From: Sphaerodactylus townsendi
Taxonomy: Eukaryota
NCBI RefSeq assembly: GCF_021028975.2
Contig: NC_059432.1
Coordinates: forward strand, 64,852,001 to 64,916,000
DNA: 64,000 nucleotides
Reading direction: 5' to 3'
Shown: one piece after another, positions 43,776 to 54,416 of the stretch
Layout: each line of letters starts with the position of its first letter
How positions within the stretch are numbered: position 1 is the first letter of the stretch
Position numbers and translations under genes: made by a program
The notes under the pieces: generated by a model
The model's input: the letters and a program-made list of their open reading frames with translations, nothing else
Told to the model about the DNA's origin: nothing
Databases searched by the model: none

Positions 43776-45341
43776 AACAATCCCTGAAAGTTTGGTGCTG
43801 CTAGCCCAAACAATACGCCACCTGCAGGCCAAAAACCGAAAAAGCACTAAAAAAAATTTAAAACCCACAAACGGAGGGGCGGAGCTTCGGACATAAATGG
43901 GGTTTTTTTTTTCAAACCCGAGAACCCCCCCTTACTTATGTCCATGATCACAAGAACATGTTTTACTATGGCTGGAACAACTTCAGAATTCCTCTTGAAA
44001 TGTGATATTGCAAATCAAGGATTTGAATTAGCAGGTGGTGTTGGGGGTGGGTGGGTGGTGTGCAAGCTCCTGTCCTAATAAGACTGAATGGAATCTGGAA
44101 ATTGAGTGTGCTGCAGGGCTACGCTAAGCTTGTAAGGTGCTCCATTCTTTCTTGCCTGCCTTGGTCCCTTTGTGCTGTTCCTGCCTGTCACCCCTTGCTG
44201 GGTTGCTCATTGCTTAAGGCCACCACCCCGTGAGGTTCACAAGATCACATCTGTTGGTTAATATTAATTGACCAAGATCAGTTTTCTCCAGAGCTGGTCT
44301 AGCTCAGGTTCCTTCTTGCTCTTAGATTAGTTGCAGCTCAGCATCAGAGTTCATGCAAACAGGTAAGCACCATCATTCTTTCAACCCCTTGGGGTTTTTT
44401 GTGAGTCTTTTTGGCTGTATCAAGTGCAAAAGACTATTTTAATTGGGATAATTGTTCTATTTAGGAAAAGGAACCAAGGCTGTACCCCCACCCCCACCCC
44501 CAATATGTGGCTGGATTTTGGAACTCTTGATTGTTTGCCCCCTCCTTGTTTGCTCCATTCCCCAACCTGCAGATATTTTGCAATAATGAAAATGAACAGG
44601 AAGGGATGGGAGTAAGGATTTAGGCCTTTCCCTATGTGATGGCCATCTGAACCCAGTAAGCACACACCTCTGTAACACAATATCTATTCTGGGTGAGACT
44701 TTGTCATTGACACTAATTTACCTCTTCTCCCCCACACTGGAGATTGCTAACAGGTCTGGGGGCTTAGTGCCTGAGTACTGTCTATATCTTTGGTTTCCTC
44801 TGTCATTTTTCTTTGCCATGTTTGTCTCTAGTTAACGCAACAGGTTGGGTCCTACAGAATGTTTTCCAAATAACGGTGACATTTCCCTCCACTGTAAGAG
44901 GGTCTTCTGTTAGTACAAGGCTCCTTGTACTGTATTATTGGCAGAAATGTTCTATAGGATCCAACCCAATGACATTTGGAGAAGGATCCCAGAATTTACT
45001 CTGCTTAAATATGCCCCTTTGGCACAGAAGGGCTGGAAAAACCCCTCCCTCTTGAACTTAATCTGTATGTGGTCACGTAGTATTTGCTGTTCCATTTTGG
45101 GAGGTAGACAGGGATGTTTGCAAATTCATACCTAGAGCACTATTTTAGATTGGCAGTGACTGTTCCTCACTCCTGCAACACTAAGCTGCTTTTTATTGTC
45201 ATAATGCCGAAGAATTAAGTCCAGCACAGGCACCTGGATGCCAGACTTCAAGCCTTTGCTCACACTCTGAAAGTCTTGGTTACAAAGAGGGTGAGGTTGA
45301 TGCGACTGCCTCCCTCTTTCCCCAGGATTTGAGTGGCAGGA

Positions 45342-48300
45342 ATGAGGACCCGTCGGTGGATATTCTCTGCTGTAATGCGCCTCTTACTGAGGTGCCTGCG
45401 AATAGGTCAGCGCCACCGGTCCTGGCCAACCCAAAAGGTGCGGCAGCTATGGCTATATGGACGTCTGTGCCTGCGCTCTCTGCTGTACAACTCCTTCACT
45501 GACAGCGACACTGCCCTTGATGCTCTCTTTGAGCCTGTCTACTGGCTGGTGGATCACATCACCCGTTGGTTTGGAGTGGTGAGTACCCTTAGGAAGAAGA
45601 GTGGAGCCTAAAGTCCTCTCAAAGCAGTTTCAGCTCTGACCTTTGGAGATGTTGCCCTCAGCCGTTTTGAGTGACTTCTTCAAACACTAGCTGTTCTAGA
45701 CTATCAAGGTCAGCATTGTCTAACTGGCAGCAGTTCTCCAGGGTCTCAGACTGATGTTTTTCATAGCACCCATGACCTGGAGTCCCTTAACGGGAGATGC
45801 TTGGGATTGAATCTGTGACCTCCTGTATTCAAAGCAGATGTTTTCCCTCTGAGTTAAAACCCTCCCTGTCAAGCAAGGGCAGGGGTAGGGAACCTGCGGC
45901 TCTCCAGATGTTCAGGAACTACAATTCCCATCAGCCCCTACCAGCATGGCCAATTGGCCATGCTGACAGAGGCTGATGGGAATTGTAGTTCCTGAACATC
46001 TGGAGAGCCGCAGGTTCCCTACCCCTGAGCAAGGGGGAGATAACAGATGTGGGAATGGGATTGATTCACATAATCCTTTATCTGCTCCTCAGAATTGTTC
46101 TCTTGGAATTAACGGGGGGTCCATGCAGGCTTTATTGATTTTCCACTAGTACTGTGCTAGTGATCCAGTCCCTTCCCTGATCCTTCTAACAGGTGTTTGT
46201 TGCATTGGTCATCATTCTGACTGGCTCAGTGGTGTGCATTGTGTATTTCTGCCTCTTGCCACTCATTCTGCGGACTTACCCTCTTCCCTGGGTCTTCTGG
46301 CACGTCATCTATGGCCATTGGAACCTTGTCATGATCGTCTTCCACTACTACATGGCCATCACTACTCAGCCTGGTTGCCCACCACAGGTAGGTCAGAGGC
46401 CTCAGTATATATCCTTCTTTCAGCAGGGGGTGCAGGAGTTTGATTCTTCCGGGTTGTTGTGGTTTTTTTTAGGCTGGTATTTGAAGCAAATCTCCTTGGT
46501 AGGATTCCCCATCATTTCATGCCAACAGCAAAAGGCAAAGGCTATCCTGGAGCTGCCCTTGCGTGGAACTCCGGAAGGCCCATATTTAAGTGTTTTTGAT
46601 GCCAGCTTGTTCTGAGTTAGCATTTGGTGGCAGCATTCTTGCAAGAGAAGGGTAAGAGCCCCTCTTGTTTCCTTCCTGTAGCAGCCAAAGAGCGACATCG
46701 CTGCTGTCTCCATCTGCAGAAAATGTATTGCCCCGAAGCCTGCCAGGACCCACCACTGCAGCATCTGCAACAGGTGGGTGTTCTCCCTATGTCAGAACAA
46801 GGTTACCCTCGTGCTTTTCACTTCCGTAGTGTGTTGTGATTTTTGTGCTTGGGCATAAATTATCGTCTAACAACTGGTAAAAATATATTTCAAAGAAATA
46901 CATGCAGACCTTAAATCCCTTGCAAAATGCAGCTGCTGGCTTTAAAAGAAGGACATTAAAAACAGATATGAAAACCAACTGAACATATAAGCTAGATTTG
47001 AACCATGGATATGAACAAATGGACCTGCAATGGCTCCTCAAAGCCTCAAGGTAGAGGTTTCTTCCAGCAAGAGTACCTGAGATTCTTTTATATGGAGAAA
47101 GCTTGGGACAAATTCTGTACTACTGAGCCTCTCCCAGGAGAATCTTAAGGTTGCATCTCTTAGTTCTCCATTTGGGGTTCTTGAATAACATCCATTAGCA
47201 TGCTGATAGCTAGGCTGGTTTGTCTTGTGCAATTGTATCTGCATGTTTTTTAAAATCTGTTGTAGAATTATGTGTTCGATATACATTGCTGAGGATTTTT
47301 AAAAACCTTTTGGTTTGCATGTTCTCCACTGTCTTATACTTCAGTTTTCCCCCAATAATTTGCATCAGAATAAAACATCTCAATGAGAGCAACATATTCC
47401 CTTTAGTCAATATACTCTGCTTAATTGTGGCCACAGAGTTGAGTTTCCTCCAATACAGAACTGAAAACTATTTTTATGAATACTTCAGAATTAAAGTAGG
47501 GTAGACACATTTAATGGATTGTCCGTGCACTTTGTGATCTCTGTAAGAATGTGACTAGGCAATGTGTCACATTGCAGTTACAGATCCATCTGACCCCCCA
47601 CCCCCCCCTTTGATTGTTAGCATCAGTTAATATGGTTGGATCCATTGTCCCTATTCTCTGAGCTGAAGAGTGTTTCTACTTATGCCAGAGAGAGGATAAT
47701 TTTTGCTACTTCTCCCCTTTCCACTACAATGTCACATTTCAAAGGCTATTTATGCACTTGCGTTCTGCCTTACAGCCAGCTTACCTTTCCTTCTCTATAG
47801 ACTTTCCTTCATTCATTATTTTTGCCTTTTCTGAAGTCACCACAGGGTAGAGCAGAGAAGCTGTGCAGTTTCCAAATGCTGGCAAAATGCAGTCTTTCCT
47901 GTTTCACTTTTCTCCATGAAGCGAAACAGCTAAACAGGAAGTATTATTCTTTATCTGGATTTTGTTGCTTCTTCCTGCCTTTCCCAGCTCACCCAACAGC
48001 AGTGCTTCCAGTTCTTGAAGCCATTGTTCCTGAACGATCAGAAGAGCCTCATTTTTTTTAATGCTGCAGGTCTGACATTGGAGCAAGAGACTGGTCTATT
48101 GAATTATCGGATCCCAGGGGGGAAAAGGGGGTGGGTTTTTGCAGGAAAACCACAAGGCATGCAGGATTAAAACTTTTGTCTTTGTTGGACTGGCAAAAGT
48201 ACTTTAGATAAGAATAAAAGAATTCTTTTAAAATTCAGTAGTGTAGGCAAAAGGGCTCTGCTAAAGTGGTACTTTTATTGTGTATATATGTATCTGTGTG

Positions 48301-51300
48301 ATTTAGTTTAGTCCCAATGGATCATGAAGCTCTTAGTTTCAGATTCTAGTTGTGGCTAGTGCTGATGGTTGTAAGAGATGTCTTCCATGCAAATAAAAAC
48401 TGTAGTTATGGACCAGCTTGTCCCTGCTGAATGGACCTGAGAACTGCATTATTGCAGCCCAGTCCATTCTGTAAGTAGAAAACCATGGGAGAATCTCACT
48501 ATGAACAAACAGCCTTGAGACAAGCAGTAAGTGCACAAAAGCCCATACTATTCCTGGTGGTCTGGTCTCCCATTCCCAGGAATAGCTTTTCACAGGCAAG
48601 AGGGAGAGGGGGAATCTGCCTTGTGAGTGCCACTCCAGTTGTGATCCTTTTGGATACATCCATAGTTTGTTTTAGGAGCTGCCCTACTCTGCAGGGATGC
48701 AAGGTATTGGGTAGAATAAAGGAAAATTCTGTGACATGAATACATTATACAAATTGCATTTTGCATTTTGCTGTAAGGCAGGCCGGGAAGGAACTATATG
48801 GAGCATTGAAGCCTTGCTCATTTATTATTGGCATTGTGGATCAACTTTCCTTTGCCTCTTCTAGGTTTCCTTAGGCATCATCCACAAATTTGAAAGCCTG
48901 CAGTACTACCACCAGCTGTAAAGTTTTAACATTTGCGTTTATTATTATTTTTAAATGAAAGTTAACATCAAAGTCCAAATTATGTGCCAGATACTAAATT
49001 CTACGCATGTTGTATATTTAGAGATCTGCAAAATGCCTGCAATTCCAGCTTTAGGGGTGTTCTTAGTTAAGGTACTATTCCCCAAGGTAACTGGAAGGGG
49101 GGGGGGGGAAACTGGGGGCAATGAACAGCCCTAGCCGAGTGGAAACCTTCAGCTTGCTTGAATGTATATGATGAAGCTGTGTCTGTAGAGCAGCTGATCT
49201 TCCCTCCCATTTTTCTTTCTCTATATCGCTGTACTACTGTGCTTGATATATTCTGTGTCTTGGCATTTCTAACCTTAGTGCAACAGCACTCAAAATCAGT
49301 ACTACCTTCCCCCCACAGGTGTGTACTGAAGATGGACCATCACTGTCGTATCCTTCCATCTCACTGACAAGCTCATACTTTGAACTTCGTGGGAGGGATA
49401 GTGTCTTACAGTCCAGGAGAAACCGGGCCACGTCCCCAGAGACAGGTGCCTTACCACAGTGAAGGGAATATCAGGGTCTCCTGAGGCTAACACTTTCAAA
49501 GAGGGTGTTCTGAACCATCAAAGAGGAAGGAGTTGGTGTGGTGGGAGGCACATCTTCGGCAGAACTACAGAGTTAATTGTGTGTACTACAGGAAGCATTC
49601 AGCCTAAGAGACTAAATAGATCTGGCTTCGCCCCTATGACGCTTCTCCTGTTAAAGCACCACCCCAGAGCATTCCTTCAGACTTGCTTGATTTTGGCTTC
49701 CGTGAAGCTGTCAGAGTATACTGTTAAGCAATCGTTCCTTTTACAAAGTAAGGTGGAACGTGTTTATTTATTCATTTAGAAATTTATACCCTGAAGAGGC
49801 TTACTGCATTGTATTCCTCTCCATTTTATCTTCGCCACAAAACCCCTATGAAGTAGATTTCACTGAGAGAGACCAGCTTGCCTAAGGTTGCCCAGCAAAC
49901 TTTTGTGGCAGGGCAGGTATTTAAATCTGGATCTCTCTGATCATAGTCCAACACTTTCAACTGCACCACATCAGTGATGGAGGCCTAACTGGATGGCAGG
50001 GACAGGTGGGTGGGAGCCCATAACCACAGTTGTCCTCAGCTGCCCTTTTGGGAGGTTTGGCTTTTTGCTTACAGTTATAGATCTTTAACCCCAAGGGGCC
50101 AGCATGGCTGAACAACTGTGTTGGGCACTTCAACCACCGTTACTTTTTCTCCTTCTGCCTCTTCATGACCATGGGCTGCATCTACAGCAGCGTCAGCGGT
50201 TGGGACATGTTCTGGGAGGCCTATGCTGCCATTGAGGTGAGGTTCCTGGCTGAGCTGGGGTCTCAGGCAAATGGGAACTGGAGTGTTTGCTGGGGCAGTG
50301 GGGAGAAAGGGACTCTTCATTTCTGGTCCTGATGCCTCCACATGCAGCTACGATGAGTAGGCCAAGAAATGAATGTGTATAACTGGCAGCCTGTTTTCCA
50401 TCCGATAGAAAATGAAACTTCTTGCCAAGGAGAGCCTCCCAGTGACAGCCAATAAGGTGGGGTTCCTGCTGCTCATCTGCTCAAGTCGGAGACAGGACAG
50501 AGCAGATAACGTTCCTGCTTTCCTCCCAGAAAAGAATCTAGAACATTGGGTATAATAAGTCAGATTCCCTTTACAGGGCAGAAAGGCGTCTATCCCACAA
50601 GGCAGTCCAAAAGCCCCAGATGTCACCCACTAAAGAGCAGTTGTTTCTGTCCCTATTTGAAAATAAATGATGGGAGGGAAGCAGGTCCAATGCCCTGGTA
50701 TCTCTGCTCTGTCCAGTTTCTGAATCATGATCATTGCAGTCCCTGCCTCAGTCGCTTTCTGTTTAGTGTGCAGTCTGTATTGTCGTCCATTCTAGAAAAC
50801 CCCTTCCACGTCTAGCTGGTTTGGGTTCCAACATTCTCTGAGTTTTGTATCTGAATAAGGTGACATTTCTTTTACTTAGCAGACTTATGGTCAGACACCA
50901 CCACCTAACTTCACCTTCAGCCAAAGAGCTTTCCACAAGAGTGTTGTGTATGCCTGGGTCCTTTGCAGGTAAGTGATGTGGTCTTTTGGTTGTGAGTGGT
51001 CATTGGGGGAGGGCCCTCCTAAATCACTTTCAGAATTATTCATCTTGTTTAGCTGCTCTCTGCAAGAGGACAGACCTGAAACTCTTGGTTCTTGCATAGA
51101 GTCTGACTGTGGCTGCATCAGTCTGTTTTTGCAAAGGTCCTCTTTCCTTCCCCAGTTCAGTGGCCTTGGCCCTGGGAGCGCTCATGATCTGGCATGCTGT
51201 CCTTATCACCCGGGGTGAGACCAGCATTGAAAGGCACATCAACCGCAAAGAGAAAAAGCGGCTCCAGAAGAAGGGCAAGGTGATGAAGGAGCAAGGCTGA

Positions 51301-51927
51301 ACTTTCAGCTGGCTTCAGTTCATGTTGTTCTGTTTGCATTTATTTTAGTGTGCTGAAAACAGACTGGAGTTTTAGGTAGGGCACACGCCTTTAATACCAA
51401 GTGCACAGTGTGAGTTGCTGCACAACCTGTCTGGCTATCGGGGGGGTGTCAGCCAGGGCTTTTCTGAGCAGTGGCTGCTTTGCTAAATAGGAGGGCGGTT
51501 GAGTTAGAAGCAGCTGTTCAGATGCTATTTTTTTGACCCACCTTCCTTGTTTCTAGGTGTTTCGAAATCCATACAGCTATGGTCCCTTGGGCAATTGGAA
51601 GGTGTTCCTAGGTGTTGAGAGAAAGAGGTAAGGTGCTATTGGAAGAAGACATCTGGAAATCGGGTTTTATATCACCCTTGTTGTACCTTTACTTGCTTCC
51701 TTCAGTTCAGCAGTAGCAACATAATTACTTTTGTCAGTCTAGGATATACAAATGAGCCCATGTATGTCTGCCTGTAGTTAACTCTCAATGAAGGCCCCAT
51801 TCTCTTTTGCAGGCATTGGGTCACCAGGGTTTTGCTACCCTCCACCCACCCACCCAAGGGATCTGGCTTGAGTTGGGATACTAGTCCTTGTGTTTCTGAA
51901 CAGAAGACAGACCTCCTGGCAATATGA
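45342..51927 (+). CDS. ZDHHC16: Palmitoyltransferase ZDHHC16, 10 coding exons, ~375 aa
   Basis: Exons 45342-45578, 46193-46387, 46685-46773, 49319-49347, 50103-50236, 50409-50456, 50883-50968, 51156-51279, 51557-51627, 51813-51927 (1128 nt). DHHC cysteine-rich domain [44 protein letters not shown], plus CLRSLLYNSF and GETSIERHIN. Confidence 0.96.
45880..46027. mobile_element. 148-bp palindromic hAT MITE, second copy
   Basis: 147/148 identical to 4658-4805; 8-bp TSD agcaaggg. Confidence 0.92.
49348..50102 (+). other. U12-type GT-AG intron of ZDHHC16, immediately after the DHHC motif
   Basis: Donor GTATCCTTCC; branch site TCTTTAAC (50082-50089); acceptor CAG at 50100-50102 without a polypyrimidine tract. 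Splicing restores [10 protein letters not shown]. Confidence 0.9.
49765..49970 (-). mobile_element. Older MIR/Squam3-like SINE inside the ZDHHC16 U12 intron
   Basis: ccattttatc...aaccctatgaagtag...gcctaaggttgcccagc... resembles a degenerate MIR-core SINE. Confidence 0.55.
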
Positions 51928-52303
51928 ACTGGACTTGGAGCACATTATACCAGTGTGATGAAGACTGTAGGCTGCAACCGACTTCCATGAAGAAACATAG
52001 CAGAAAGTTCTATCCCTTAGAAGATGGCTGCCCAAAGTGCACATTGGCTCTACGCTGACCTACTCCCAGTGGTTAGGGGAGAAAAGCAGAGGAAGTCCCA
52101 GCTGCAGGCAGCTGTGAGGGCAACAGGGGTATCTGGCCCTCTTTGGTGTCTAAGCACACACTTTCTAGCCTGCCTAAAGTAAAATATTGGCATTCCTGAT
52201 GATGGGGGTCTTCTTCTTTTCCCCTTACTCTCAAGGAAGCTGGCATTCCAGGGGTCCTCCTGCTCTCCCTGTAAGAAGACAGGGATTTTTAAAGATATTT
52301 AGA

Positions 52304-52309
52304 AATAAA
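52304..52309 (+). other. Candidate ZDHHC16 polyadenylation signal
   Basis: First AATAAA noted after the stop codon (~375 nt downstream). Confidence 0.45.
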
Positions 52310-54145
52310 ACCACTTTAATACACCATGACTTCAAGCTTGGTCTCAAAGGGAAAAGGGAGTGGCAACAAATGAGCAAAAGCTGTTCAGGGAACTGGTGGG
52401 TCTCGCTTTACCTCTTACACCTGTGTTGACATGTGCCCTGTAGGACTGATACCTGGTCTCTGCCTGCTTCTTTCTATGAATACTTCTCAGATAGTAAAAT
52501 GGTAGTTATCAGCTGTGGACTGTATACAGCAGTTCGTTCAATGTTAGTCCAATGGGTTTTTCATTGTTAGGGTTTTTTTTCCTCTTTAGCTGGGAAGAGA
52601 CACTATCCCCTAGCAGCACACCTAGGAACAACACTTTTCTTTCCCCAAGTTGCTTGTATACACAATAAGATACAACAGCTAGTCAGGAGGCTGTGACTTT
52701 CAGAAGTGATCTATGCATGACTGTCAGGGAATTTGGGAACCTGAAACTTTACTGAACAGGTCTGCAAATTAAACCTTCAAAAATGTGAAGCTGGGTTGTA
52801 GCCCTGCCTAGCCCAAAAGTAGTACCCAAAATGTAACTTCCTTACCTAATGACCCTACATCTATAACTGTAGTATTGTTGAATAATTTTGAGGACTTGCA
52901 TCTTCCTGTTAATTGAGTCACAAGCTTTAGACAGGAACAGCTATCTAACAAGGATTCCATTCTCCTACCTTGTATGCTTTCTCTCACAGACAGTTAGATA
53001 CTGAACATTCTGAAAACAGTCCAAGTACTTTCAAAGGCAAACTTTCATGCCTCGTTCCAGGCAACTAAACAAGGCAAACTTCTGACATTCTAGTCAGCAC
53101 ATCATTCTCTTATCAGAATTGACATTTATATAAAACAGACCAAATAATCGTGAGTTAGATCAGTATTGTTTACTCTACCTGCAGCCTTAAGTCTTCAGAC
53201 AAGGACTCGTCTCCTGAACTGCACCCTAAGCTCTTTAAACAAGAAGTGACACGATTCAACATGTTGTGAATGTTATTACAGAGGTGGAGTACCGGCGGAC
53301 TGTTAACATAGCACCACCACTTTGGCACCACGGGTGCAGTTTCACTAATCTTCTATAGTAGTTCTACCATGTTCTTGAATTTATTTTATTTTTCAAAGAA
53401 GAAGAAATGTAGTCCTGTGTACCCAACACCTCTTATATCAAATATAAAATTCAAATTAGCAGTTGAAATATAAATCCAGGATCACCCTGCCTCCCTTAAA
53501 CTAGATTTGACATGCTTGTTTATTGCTCAGAAGAGTACTGGCAGGTTTGAGAGATTTAGCCAAAAAGATACTCATCCAGGAAAGTGCCACAGAAGACCAG
53601 TATCCATTGCCAGTTCTATCATATAATACTAGTGTCGCCTTGCTCCTGTAAACTGAGCCTGCAGCAAGAAGGAAACACTGGCCCAGGCTCTCTTTACCCT
53701 GTTTACATGTTCTACAGCCAATATAACTGAAGATGACCAAAGTAACAGCAAGATCCAGAAATATCCAAGCTCAGCTCTTGCCACTCGCCACTTAAAAACA
53801 CTATATTTTCAATCTTGAAGCTGTTTCAAAGGACTATCAGCCAGTATTTCCCAGGGAAGAAACACACAAGAGCATTGTAAAGGTAACCTAATTGGGTTAA
53901 CCCCACCCCCCCACCCCACACACACAATCTTAGGTGAGTTAGTAGAATTTGGCTTGAAAGCTGGTGGGGAATGGGTTTGTTATGTTCTAGCATCACGTAA
54001 AGGGGAAAAAACAATTTTGCTTCAGCTAGTACACTTGTGGGGAGATTATGTCAAGAGTGCAGCACGACAAAGAAGAGGCCCCTCTTCCACCTCCCTTCCC
54101 CTACAAGAGGCACTTTCTCCACCAACATTGTTAGCAAAAGGTATA

Positions 54146-54151
54146 TTTATT
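54146..54151 (-). other. Candidate MMS19 polyadenylation signal
   Basis: AATAAA on the minus strand ~265 nt after the stop codon. Confidence 0.55.
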
Positions 54152-54416
54152 CTCCTGGCCCCACGCGCAGTGTGCCCTGTTGATTCTTGGTGCCTCCACA
54201 TACTACTGCCCTGCAGCAGGAACTGTGGCTAGCTGCTCCAGTCTACTGGGCAGAGATGTAGCAATTCAGACTCTGCCAGGTTGCAAAAAGGACAGTCCTC
54301 CTCCTGTTTCGCTGCTTTGCCGAGGAAGCTCCCCCCCAATTGACATTGAAGCCAATGGTTTAACAGGGGAATTGGGCGCAGGCAAGATTGTCAGTCAGTG
54401 CTGGCAGTGCGAGCCT

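Larger units (their letters stand above)
42308..43946. mobile_element. 1.64-kb non-autonomous hAT-like element containing a palindromic tandem array and a nested SINE
   Basis: TIR cagggacatag / cttatgtccatg; 8-bp TSD atcacaag (42300-42307 and 43947-43954). Confidence 0.8.
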
